A stretch of 64,000 nt of DNA, from NCBI GenBank assembly GCA_026395965.1, contig JAPLXS010000006.1, positions 233,165 to 297,164 of the forward strand, given 5' to 3'. The DNA comes from Candidatus Nomurabacteria bacterium (lineage in GTDB: Bacteria > Patescibacteriota > Minisyncoccia > Phycocordibacterales > UBA9973). Position numbers and translations under genes: made by a program. Under the pieces are notes generated by a model, which was not told the origin of the DNA, did not search any database, and was given only the letters and a program-made list of their open reading frames with translations. Every line of letters starts with the position of its first letter. Position 1 is the stretch's first letter. Below are positions 26,843 to 35,990 of the stretch, piece by piece.

Positions 26843-29815
26843 TTATTTACAATCAGGGTCTTGTGAGTCTACTAGTCCATCCATATCGTTGTCTAACCCG
26901 TCTGTACATCTTAATCCGTCTTCATGTGAACCGATAATATCTGAAGGGTCATAATAAAGTATATCTTCTTCGGCAAAACATTCTTCGTATTTTGTTTTGT
27001 ATTGAGCAAAGGTTAAGATATTACCTGCACTAGTTGCATTTTTTATACAATTTTTGTAGTCAATTAAACACTGAGCATTATTTGTATCATTTTCACATTC
27101 TTTTCTTGTCGCAACACAAGCATTTATTGCAAGTTGATTTAGGTTATTTAATTGTGACAACAATTGAGCATCACGACGATCTTGAGCAGCTTTTATGATT
27201 ATACTTACTTCTTTCTTGATACCATTTAGTTTCGAAGTGTTGAGACTAGCTGTACTTGCATCATTTGCATAGTTTGTTTTTTTTGTGTTTACATCTTCAT
27301 TTTTTCTAACAATGTTTTTTGTCATATTGTATCCTTCTTCTACCATTGGAACATATGCAGTGTTTTTTATTAGAGTTGATATTTTCTCACTTTCGTTAAA
27401 CTCATGTTGCATTGTTTCATAGGTATCTTTAAAAGCTTTAGCATATTTTTCATAAGCCATTGTTATGAGTTTGGGCACTCTTGTTTTTACAGAATTTGTA
27501 ACTACATTCATTGCATTGATTTCACGGCTGCCATCATTATCACCATAAGCTATTGCATAATGATTAGCAACTTCTGTCATTGGTAGTGATGTAAGTATTG
27601 ATTTCCATAGTGCACTATTTTTATTTTCTGCACGAATAGCTATATTTTCAGTTGGACTTTTGTCTGGATTAATCGGGAATATACTATTGAAATAATTTTC
27701 CCAAGATTCTTTTCCTTCTTTGTCCGCAGTCCAGTATGAAAATGTTAAACCGCCACTATTATCAAATAGATGTCCTTCTATTGATTGAGCATATTTTATA
27801 AAATAACTAGCTGTTTGACCTGTATTTGCTTTAAATGATGGGTTTGGTCCAGGGATACAATATTCAAGCTCACCAAGTTTTGGCATTACACTTGGTAGTA
27901 TTTGCAGTATTTCTTTTGTTGCGACTATGTAGTCTTTTTGTATTTGTATTACACCTCTTTTATCTATTGGACTTGTCTGGTTTTTACAAACACCTTTTAT
28001 TGTCCCTCCACACTTCCAGTTTTGCCATTCTTTGCCATTCCAAAAAGCCCTGTCACCTTTTTCCCATCCTGTGTAACCGTTATTGAATAACTTGGTATTT
28101 CCATCTGTTGTTACGTTGTAGTAATAATTTGAAGGATAATATCTTTGATTTGCTTCGTCATAGGGAGCTAAATTTATATATAAGTTTGGCTCATTTGTAT
28201 AAGCATTCCAGTTGCCTAGTGATATGGTAGGTGTATGTATATATGTGTTTCCAAGGTCACGAGTTAGATCAAATTGACTATTTGTGTATCCACTATAACC
28301 TGAGTTGTTTGCCCCAGTGTTGTCACCCAAGTAATCATTTGAGGTGTTTGACCCGTATCCACCAACACCAATATTTTCGTTGTTGTATGTATATGTATTA
28401 TCTGAAAGACTAGCTAGTCCGTTTGATTTAAATTTATCTAAAAGATTTGAAAACAGACTACTAAGCGAGTCATTTATAGTCTTTGCTACTTCTAATTGAC
28501 GATCTGGAGAGTTTATATAACTTGAAAGTTTGTCTTTTATGATACTTCCAGGTGTAACTACATTCCACTTTGTACAAACGTCGTAGTTTGGATTAGCGCT
28601 ACTTTTATTGGGACTAAATACATACTGCTCATTTAATGAACTTGCATAATTATTTGCAAAAGAAGGTGCTTCTGCTGGACCAATATCAGATTTAATTTTT
28701 GGCTTACCTGGACCATCATATATCTGCCATTCAGCACATGTTTTTTGACTCAAAAATCCGTTGTTTTGAGCGACTTCATCTTTTGTTTCAGATGTTTGTT
28801 GAGCTATTCTATCTGCTAGTTTTTGGCTAGCCAGCATATTGAATCCAAGAGGATTGTTTGACTCTTTTTGAGTTAGTGCCATATATCCATCCCACCCGCC
28901 TGATGAAAAATCATTTGCAAAATTGTTGTTTGCTCTTTGTGATCTTTGAAGTGCTGTTTCTGGTGTACCTGTGTCTACATAGGAATTTTTGTCTGTTATA
29001 AATGCTGCTAAATCAGAAGTTAGTGAATCGAGGAAGTTGGCCGCACCGTACTTTAGAGCACCTGCATTGTAACCGGTTACGATAGATCTAGAAAAATCCT
29101 TACCATATGGAAATGCCCCATTTGAAAACCTTTGAACCCCTTGGTCATATACATTTTTTTCTATACCATTTGTAAACTTTGTAACACTTTGGACATACAT
29201 GGGGTTTCCATTTAAACCATGGTTGACCCAGTTTACAGTCTGGTGGGTCATAGAAGCGAGTTGGTTTTGTGCTAGTCTTGTTGCTAGTCCGTTGAAACAA
29301 TCTTCTCTTTTTTTATTTGCTTCATCTATTGAGATTGAGTTATCTATTTTTGTTTCAAGTGATTTGTTTATAGTTTTGCCTACTCGTGTACAGTCTATAG
29401 AGTCAACAAGTGGAGCAGCAGCATCACTTACGTAAGGTATCCATCCAGCAACGTTGGTAAGAACATCTTTTCCTGCCTGACAAACAGTGGATTGTGCACC
29501 TGCAACAGTTTCCGACCCCATAAAATCATCCAAAAGTTTGTTTGCTTGGTTTTTTATAAAATCTGTCATTTGTGTTGAAACTTTATCAACAATACCAGTA
29601 CAACCAACAACACCCATCAGGGTGTCTGTATTTAGTATATTTTCAGAATTTACTTGATATGGATTATCTCCACTATTTGGATTGTCCCAATTTAGACCGC
29701 CGTCACCAGTTGCACTAGCTACATAAGGAAAAGAAAATTGAGAAAAAGAAATAACTATAGAAATTATAAAAAAAATTGATATTGTCTTGAATGTAAATAT
29801 ATTTTTTCTATCCAT
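26843..29815 (-). CDS. Giant secreted protein (990 aa) ending in the same Cys-flanked DGLDND-DG module
   Basis: Signal peptide; Asn/Tyr/Gly-rich; C-terminal LRCTDGLDNDMDGLVDSQDPDCK. Confidence 0.55.
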   Translation of the reverse strand: MDRKNIFTFKTISIFFIISIVISFSQFSFPYVASATGDGGLNWDNPNSGDNPYQVNSENILNTDTLMGVVGCTGIVDKVSTQMTDFIKNQANKLLDDFMGSETVAGAQSTVCQAGKDVLTNVAGWIPYVSDAAAPLVDSIDCTRVGKTINKSLETKIDNSISIDEANKKREDCFNGLATRLAQNQLASMTHQTVNWVNHGLNGNPMYVQSVTKFTNGIEKNVYDQGVQRFSNGAFPYGKDFSRSIVTGYNAGALKYGAANFLDSLTSDLAAFITDKNSYVDTGTPETALQRSQRANNNFANDFSSGGWDGYMALTQKESNNPLGFNMLASQKLADRIAQQTSETKDEVAQNNGFLSQKTCAEWQIYDGPGKPKIKSDIGPAEAPSFANNYASSLNEQYVFSPNKSSANPNYDVCTKWNVVTPGSIIKDKLSSYINSPDRQLEVAKTINDSLSSLFSNLLDKFKSNGLASLSDNTYTYNNENIGVGGYGSNTSNDYLGDNTGANNSGYSGYTNSQFDLTRDLGNTYIHTPTISLGNWNAYTNEPNLYINLAPYDEANQRYYPSNYYYNVTTDGNTKLFNNGYTGWEKGDRAFWNGKEWQNWKCGGTIKGVCKNQTSPIDKRGVIQIQKDYIVATKEILQILPSVMPKLGELEYCIPGPNPSFKANTGQTASYFIKYAQSIEGHLFDNSGGLTFSYWTADKEGKESWENYFNSIFPINPDKSPTENIAIRAENKNSALWKSILTSLPMTEVANHYAIAYGDNDGSREINAMNVVTNSVKTRVPKLITMAYEKYAKAFKDTYETMQHEFNESEKISTLIKNTAYVPMVEEGYNMTKNIVRKNEDVNTKKTNYANDASTASLNTSKLNGIKKEVSIIIKAAQDRRDAQLLSQLNNLNQLAINACVATRKECENDTNNAQCLIDYKNCIKNATSAGNILTFAQYKTKYEECFAEEDILYYDPSDIIGSHEDGLRCTDGLDNDMDGLVDSQDPDCK

Positions 29816-29836
29816 GATTTTTATTGTATCATATTT

Positions 29837-30745
29837 TTAATTACTTTTACTAGCAATATCGTTTAAATCAGTACCTATTGCATCGGTGTATTTTTTATAA
29901 TTAAGAAGAGACCTCATACCTACTATAGGGTCAGTTATTATTTGAGTTAATCCTTCTATGGATTGTGCTATTTTTTCGTAATCATTTGAAAGATTTAAAT
30001 GCGCGAGAGCATAAGAGCTGGGAACAGGTACTTTTACAAGCTCTTCACTAAAAGCTCTATATGCGAGAGCTACTGTTTTGGCAGAATACAATGCTTGAGG
30101 GTCATTGTTTGCTACTCCTTGAGATAAAAGCAATAGCTCACTTCCTAGGTCATCGTTTTTGTATTTTTTTAAAATAGCTGTTAGCGAAACTATGTAGTCC
30201 ATGTGTGTTTTACTTGAATCCGCTTTAATATTGAGCATATTTTGTGTGTATGCGCTTTCTAGGGGTATTGGTACTATTTGTTGCCCTATGGATTCAGAGA
30301 CTGATTTTATGGATTCTTCGTCTAGCTGACCTGTTTGTTGTAGAGACATAATAGTAGCAAAAAACTGTTTTGAGAGAATCTCATTTTCAGTTATTGAAAT
30401 TGTGTCATCTGAGCTAGTTATGATACCTTTTTGTTCCAAGGATTTTTTCTTTGCTAGTATAAAATCTTTATTTTCAGGGCCATTTTTATATGGGTCAAGT
30501 CCCCATAAGTACTCTTCCCAGTCCGCGATGCCGTTTTTGTTGCCATCTTTTTCGTTTATACTACCAATAGTCATTTTGATAGGCTCACCTTTGTATTTTC
30601 CACCGGTTTTATTTTTGAATAAAGATATCGCACCTTTTACTCCAAAATAAATAGCGATAAGAGCAAGTATTATAAGAATATTGAATATAAATTTTTTACT
30701 TGGAAGATATTTTTTATATTTGTTCATAGATATTGAGTCTTGCAA
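29837..30745 (-). CDS. Membrane-anchored hypothetical protein
   Basis: 302 aa, single N-terminal TM. Confidence 0.45.
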   Translation of the reverse strand: MQDSISMNKYKKYLPSKKFIFNILIILALIAIYFGVKGAISLFKNKTGGKYKGEPIKMTIGSINEKDGNKNGIADWEEYLWGLDPYKNGPENKDFILAKKKSLEQKGIITSSDDTISITENEILSKQFFATIMSLQQTGQLDEESIKSVSESIGQQIVPIPLESAYTQNMLNIKADSSKTHMDYIVSLTAILKKYKNDDLGSELLLLSQGVANNDPQALYSAKTVALAYRAFSEELVKVPVPSSYALAHLNLSNDYEKIAQSIEGLTQIITDPIVGMRSLLNYKKYTDAIGTDLNDIASKSN

Positions 30746-30815
30746 AAAATTAAGAATTATAACTTAACTCTCAAAAATTTTATAAATATATTATACAACT
30801 TTTATTTTAATTATC

Positions 30816-31691
30816 CTATATGTTTATAAATATATTACGAGATATTTCCAACCATTTTTCAAATTTTATATCTTCTGCACGAGATTTGGAATCTATATTT
30901 AAATTTTTAAATATAGATTCGATTTGAGATGGTGATATATCTAGGCTCTCTAGGTTTTTGCGAAGAACTTTTCTTTTGTGAGCAAAACCAGACTTGATGA
31001 CGTCAAAAAAGTTTTTTTCTTCTATTTCATTACGAAAATTTGATTTTGAAATGCCTGTTATAGATATAATAGCTGAATCTACCTTGGGTGAAGGAGAAAA
31101 GAACCTTTTTGCTACTTTCATTGTGTATTTAGGGGTACCATAAGCTTTCACACTTAGAGATAAAATACTTTCTTTGCCATCACGAGCTACTATTCTCTCG
31201 GCTACCTCTTTTTGGACAAGCAAAATCATTGTTTTGGGTTGGTCGGGCGACGATAAAAACTTTTTGAATATAGCACCTGTAATATTGTAAGGGATATTTG
31301 CAATTATCTTGTATTGACCACTTTTTAATCCAAAATCTTTGACTTCTATTTCTAATATATCACCATTTATAAGCATAAGTGAGCCAGAATCTATTTCTAC
31401 GGAGTATTTTTCTTTTAAAAATTCAAATAGCTCACGGTCTTTTTCAATAGCTATAACTTTGTGTGCTTTTAGGAGTAGTTTTGTAGTTAATGCCCCTTTA
31501 CCGGGACCAATCTCAAGTATTGTGTCAGTATCACCTACTTCTCCAGCTTCACCCATTTTGTTTAATGCAGGTTCAGATTTTAGAAAATTTTGACCTAAAG
31601 ATTTTTTGGCGCGCAAAATAGGAGCTTCAGTATGAAACTTTTCTTTGTGAAACTTTTTTGTTTCAAATGATTTTTTCTCCTTGTGAAACAT
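30816..31691 (-). CDS. rsmA: 16S rRNA (adenine1518/1519-N6)-dimethyltransferase
   Basis: KKSLGQNFL, SAM-binding LEIGPGKGALT, NIPYNI motif. Confidence 0.85.
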   Translation of the reverse strand: MFHKEKKSFETKKFHKEKFHTEAPILRAKKSLGQNFLKSEPALNKMGEAGEVGDTDTILEIGPGKGALTTKLLLKAHKVIAIEKDRELFEFLKEKYSVEIDSGSLMLINGDILEIEVKDFGLKSGQYKIIANIPYNITGAIFKKFLSSPDQPKTMILLVQKEVAERIVARDGKESILSLSVKAYGTPKYTMKVAKRFFSPSPKVDSAIISITGISKSNFRNEIEEKNFFDVIKSGFAHKRKVLRKNLESLDISPSQIESIFKNLNIDSKSRAEDIKFEKWLEISRNIFINI

Positions 31692-31767
31692 ATAAGTATA
31701 ATAGCACTAATTATGAGGAGATAAAATAAAAAATTGTCTTTTGGAATAATGTTGGTTTTTTAAATAG

Positions 31768-31858
31768 CTCTTCTCAGAGGGTACACCAATTTCTTGGTAG
31801 AAATTCGTTCAGTGTTCGGCTCGACAGCCTCACAAGCCCCTCTGATAAGATTATTTTA
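31768..31858 (-). ncRNA. Candidate structured RNA element, copy 2 (reverse complement of copy 1 at 2443-2531)
   Basis: Identical flanks and outer stem; internal stems GGCT-GTCG-AGCC and AATTTCT-ACCA-AGAAATT carry compensatory changes relative to copy 1. Confidence 0.5.
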
Positions 31859-31922
31859 AAAACAAACTATAACTTATTGTTGAGTATCACGAAAAATAAA
31901 AATAGTCTTTGAAAAATACATT

Positions 31923-31990
31923 GCACAGGGCGGCGGCCCGAGCATAGTAAATTTTCAGCAGAAAATTATACGCGTATTTTGAGGAGAGCT
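31923..31990 (+). ncRNA. Degenerate third copy of the same element (two hairpins retained: GGGC-GGCG-GCCC and AATTTTC-AGCA-GAAAATT), head-to-head with copy 2
   Basis: Shared aattttcaNcagaaaatta core; outer stem lost. Confidence 0.35.
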
Positions 31991-32065
31991 ATTTTTATTT
32001 GTAGGGTTACAATATTTTAAATAGATCTATCTGTGTATTCAGTATTATGACTGAATATTGAACCT

Positions 32066-34015
32066 CTACAAGTAAACTATTTTTTCTCTACTTGAACTAT
32101 GAGCTTGTTCGAAGACTGTAAGGTGCGCAGGTATATCGTAGATGAATTCACTAGGTCTGTTTACTTGCTTCATACCATATATAGTACGCAGTGTTGCATA
32201 AGATAAAAATAATTTCTCTCTTGCACGAGTGAGAGCTACATAAAATAATCTACGCTCTTCTTCTGTGTCTTCTTTTCTTTTCATGCGGTCTTTGATGTGA
32301 GGAAATAAATCTTGTTCTAGTCCCGTAATAAATACATATTTAAACTCGAGCCCCTTTGATGCGTGTACAGTCATAAGTCTTACCCCTTTACCTTTATTTT
32401 CATGCATAAGAGTATCTTGATCACTAGATAAAGATGCATCTTCAAGAAGTTTTTCCATGCCAATGCCATCTGGCAGGTTGTCGTATTTAATAGCTAGTGT
32501 TACTAATTCCATCATATTTTCCAAGCGTTCTTGCTCGTCGCTTGTGCCGTGAGATAACTCGTCTTTGATACCACTTTTTTCTATTACATATTTGATTGAT
32601 TCTGAAGGAATATGTGTTTCTATATATTCTCGTATGTCATCGATTATTTTGTAAAAATTGTCGATTTTAATTTGTGTACCTTTTGGCAACTCATTTAACT
32701 GATTGGAAAAAAGTTTTGCGATGGTTACCTTTCCTATTCCACGAGCTGGAATATTTATTATTCTTTTTATATCAGACAAACTGTCTTTGTTGTACGCAAC
32801 ACGAACATACGAAAGTAAATCTTTTATTTCTTTTCTTTCAAAAAATTTTACACCAAGAACTTGATACGGAATCTGTTGGTCAAGTAGTGCTTCTTCTATA
32901 ACTCTAGATTGAAAGTTTGCACGATAAAGAATAGCGATGTCTTCAGGTTTATTATTTTTTATTAATTCGTCAATCTTTGAAGCAACAAAGAGTGCCTCGC
33001 TTTGCTCATCGAATGCTTCGCAGACACTTATCTCTTCTCCCGCAACATTTTCTGTAAATAAAATCTTTGGAACACGATACTGATTTTTTTCTATAATATT
33101 ATTTGCAGCTTCTATTATATTTTTTGTAGAGCGATAATTTTGTTCCAATAGTATTATTTTTGCACTAGGAAAATCTTTTTCAAAATGAAGCATGTTTTTA
33201 ATATTTGCTCCACGCCAACTGTAAATGTTTTGGTCTGTATCACCCACCACACAAATATTTTCTTCTTTTCCAACCAAAAGTTTTGTCATTTCATATTGGA
33301 CTTCATTTGTATCTTGGTACTCATCAATGTGAAGATATTTCCATCTCATTTGGTAGTTGTGTTTTACCTCAGGATACTTTTTTAAAATCAAAACACTTTC
33401 AAGCAAAAGATCATCAAAATCTAAAGCCTTTTCTTTTTTTAGTTGGGCCTCATATTCTCTCCATATTACAGCCACTATGCTTTGAAATGCACTTGTAACA
33501 TTGGCACTAAAAGTATCAACTGTAATAAAATCACCTTTTGATTTAGAAATAATAGATTTTATTTTTCTTGGCTCATTTTGTTTGGGGTCTATATCATGAG
33601 CTTTCATAATACTTTTAATAATACTCAAAGCACCACTTTCATCCATTATTACAAAGTATTTATTGAGACCTATTAAGTGAGAGTTTTCTTTTATAATATG
33701 AACTCCAAGAGAGTGGAAAGTAGAGACAAACGGAGCATTTTCTATGTTTCCAAAATTATCTATTTTTATATCATTACCGTGCATTTTGTCGCTTAGCATT
33801 GCCATAACACGCTCTTTCATCTCTTTGGATGCCTTGTTTGTAAATGTTACAGCGAGTATTGACCTAGGATCTACTCCTTTGTGTATGAGGTGGATTATTC
33901 TGTGAGTTATAGTCTTGGTCTTACCTGCACCAGCACCAGCTACTATAAGTAGAGGTCCTTCTGTATATAAAACTGCCTCCTTTTGTTTTTCATTCAAAGA
34001 TTCAATATATTGCAT
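32066..34015 (-). CDS. pcrA: Superfamily 1 DNA helicase UvrD/PcrA
   Basis: Walker A AGAGAGKTKT, helicase motifs through VHASKGLEF. Confidence 0.85.
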   Translation of the reverse strand: MQYIESLNEKQKEAVLYTEGPLLIVAGAGAGKTKTITHRIIHLIHKGVDPRSILAVTFTNKASKEMKERVMAMLSDKMHGNDIKIDNFGNIENAPFVSTFHSLGVHIIKENSHLIGLNKYFVIMDESGALSIIKSIMKAHDIDPKQNEPRKIKSIISKSKGDFITVDTFSANVTSAFQSIVAVIWREYEAQLKKEKALDFDDLLLESVLILKKYPEVKHNYQMRWKYLHIDEYQDTNEVQYEMTKLLVGKEENICVVGDTDQNIYSWRGANIKNMLHFEKDFPSAKIILLEQNYRSTKNIIEAANNIIEKNQYRVPKILFTENVAGEEISVCEAFDEQSEALFVASKIDELIKNNKPEDIAILYRANFQSRVIEEALLDQQIPYQVLGVKFFERKEIKDLLSYVRVAYNKDSLSDIKRIINIPARGIGKVTIAKLFSNQLNELPKGTQIKIDNFYKIIDDIREYIETHIPSESIKYVIEKSGIKDELSHGTSDEQERLENMMELVTLAIKYDNLPDGIGMEKLLEDASLSSDQDTLMHENKGKGVRLMTVHASKGLEFKYVFITGLEQDLFPHIKDRMKRKEDTEEERRLFYVALTRAREKLFLSYATLRTIYGMKQVNRPSEFIYDIPAHLTVFEQAHSSSREKIVYL

Positions 34016-34411
34016 GAATTGTATTGTAGCATTTTATTTAATTTATTATTTAGTCTCAATTATTTAAATACCCATTTTTAACTTTTTAGCCAAATATATG
34101 ATATGTGTTCTAATAACTTACCTGTGGATTACTCTGTTGACTAACAAACCCATCTGGGCTACCCTTAATATGTAGGGCCTCTGGTATAGGTCTTGCTATT
34201 ACAGAAAACCTTTAAAAAGCTTTATTTTCAAGCATTTCCGAAACGATTGTAACAATTACTCTAGCTTTACTTATAATCACAGCTCTCGCTTCAAGCGGTC
34301 GCACTGTGATTCCTAATATAGGGGTAAATTAGTTTAATTACTTAATTTAGGCTTATTCAACTCAATACAAAAGATTCTAAAGCTTGTTCAAGTAAAAATG
34401 GACACCTTAAG

Positions 34412-35611
34412 ATGAAAATATCGTTATTTTACAAGCCTTCTATTATAAAGGTTTGTTCTTTTTTTATACTATTATCTATTGTCACTTTCAGCCCAAAAAC
34501 TGCAAATGCCAGTTTTTTTACTGATTTTGCAAATTTAACAACAAAAGTTTTGGGTCTTAAGGCAAGCGCAGCTGATGCCGTGGAGCCACAAGGAGGTATA
34601 ACTCAAAATTCACAAACAATACCCCTTTTGGAATCATCAGTTAATCCTGATACTAAAAATATAAAAGATACACCTAGTATTATTGTAGATAATGAAGCTC
34701 TTTCATCTGAAAATATACAAGCTGTAGAAACTGATACTAACTCTTATGTTTCATCATCAGAGAAAATCATAACTTATAAGGTTAAGGAAGGTGAAACTCT
34801 AGGTAAAATAGCCGCAAAGTTTAATATTTCTAAAAATACTATTATTTATGCAAATACCACTATAAAGAATAATGTACTGAAAGTAGGACAAACACTTGTT
34901 ATTCTTCCTGTTGATGGTGTCTCTTATACAATAAAAAAAGGCGATACTTTAGCTTCTATTTCCAAAGCTTTCAAGGCTGATACCAACGATATCGCTGAAT
35001 ATAACGATATTTCTATCAATAAAGGACTCCAAGCTGGAGAAACAATAATAGTTCCAGGAGGAACAGCTATTGTTAAGAAGGCCGAACCTACTATTGCAAA
35101 AGCAGAAAACAAGGTTGAAAAAGAGCAACCTCAACCCAAGACCCAAATACAAGAAAGTTCAAATGATACAGAGGCTCAAACTCCTACACCTACCCAAGCT
35201 CCAAACACCGCAACAGGTAAAGGTATTTTAGGTGGATATATATGGCCATTCCCAAGTGGAACAGGAAGAGTTTCCCAAAAACTACATGACGATAATGCTT
35301 ATGACTTTGCGGCACCAAAAGGTACACCTATATATGCTATCCAAGATGGTAACGTTTTGATTGCAGATGGAAATGGTTACAACGGAGGATATGGATTGTA
35401 CGTAGTTATAGACTTTAATGATGGAGCACAGGCAATATTTGGGCATATGAGTAAAGTCACTGCTATCGCTGGAGAATCTGTAAAGAAAGGAGACATAATA
35501 GGATATGTAGGGTCTACTGGTAAATCAACAGGTAATCATGTGCATATCGGATATCGTGGAGGAATGTCAAATCCTTACAAAAATCTACCTTTAAATAGTG
35601 ATGGACTATAA
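34412..35611 (+). CDS. LysM-domain M23 family metalloendopeptidase
   Basis: Signal peptide, two or three LysM repeats (YKVKEGETLGKIAAKFNIS; YTIKKGDTLASISKAF), M23 motif GNHVHIGY. Confidence 0.85.
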   Translation: MKISLFYKPSIIKVCSFFILLSIVTFSPKTANASFFTDFANLTTKVLGLKASAADAVEPQGGITQNSQTIPLLESSVNPDTKNIKDTPSIIVDNEALSSENIQAVETDTNSYVSSSEKIITYKVKEGETLGKIAAKFNISKNTIIYANTTIKNNVLKVGQTLVILPVDGVSYTIKKGDTLASISKAFKADTNDIAEYNDISINKGLQAGETIIVPGGTAIVKKAEPTIAKAENKVEKEQPQPKTQIQESSNDTEAQTPTPTQAPNTATGKGILGGYIWPFPSGTGRVSQKLHDDNAYDFAAPKGTPIYAIQDGNVLIADGNGYNGGYGLYVVIDFNDGAQAIFGHMSKVTAIAGESVKKGDIIGYVGSTGKSTGNHVHIGYRGGMSNPYKNLPLNSDGL

Positions 35612-35614
35612 TTT

Positions 35615-35938
35615 ATGAAACAAAAATCAATTATTAAAATAGTTTTTATTTTGTTTGCAGTTATTTCATCACTCTTTATATTTTCAGCTGATGGTTCTTT
35701 TGATAAACCCAAAGAAGAAAATAAAGTTTTATCTATAGAGTCAGTTGTTACTAAGCCGATTGTTTTAGCACAGAATACAACCTCTATTAAAAAACCAATT
35801 ATTGCAAAAAAATCACCAGTTAAAAAGATTACAAAAAAGAAAAAGAAGATTGCAAAAAAGAAAAAAAGAGTTAATTTAAACCCCCCAATCATTACTATGG
35901 ATACTGCTCCACACTCAGCAAAAAATAAATCAAACTAA
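35615..35938 (+). CDS. Small secreted lysine-rich protein
   Basis: Signal peptide then KKPIIAKKSPVKKITKKKKKIAKKKKR. Confidence 0.45.
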   Translation: MKQKSIIKIVFILFAVISSLFIFSADGSFDKPKEENKVLSIESVVTKPIVLAQNTTSIKKPIIAKKSPVKKITKKKKKIAKKKKRVNLNPPIITMDTAPHSAKNKSN

Positions 35939-35941
35939 ACT

Positions 35942-35973
35942 AAATCCCCCGAAGCGAAAGCTTCGGGGGATTT
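35942..35973. terminator. Bidirectional rho-independent terminator
   Basis: aaatcccccgaagcgaaagcttcgggggattt. Confidence 0.85.
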
Positions 35974-35990
35974 AGTTTTTTGATTCGTAA

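Noticed and set aside
12625-30745. Relaxase, VirD4 coupling protein, oriT or integrase within the secretion locus
   Set aside because: No ORF with Walker-A plus FtsK/VirD4-like features other than VirB4 was found in or next to the locus. No HUH/relaxase histidine-triad motifs and no integrase were found there.
34190-34330. tmRNA, RNase P RNA, SRP RNA or 6S RNA in the long intergenic regions (also 49070-49535 and 58917-59301)
   Set aside because: None of the hallmark conserved sequences are visible: the RNase P P4 AGGAAAGUCCGGGCUCC, the SRP domain IV, or a tmRNA tag-coding stretch with a tRNA-like 3' end. Only generic hairpins are present.
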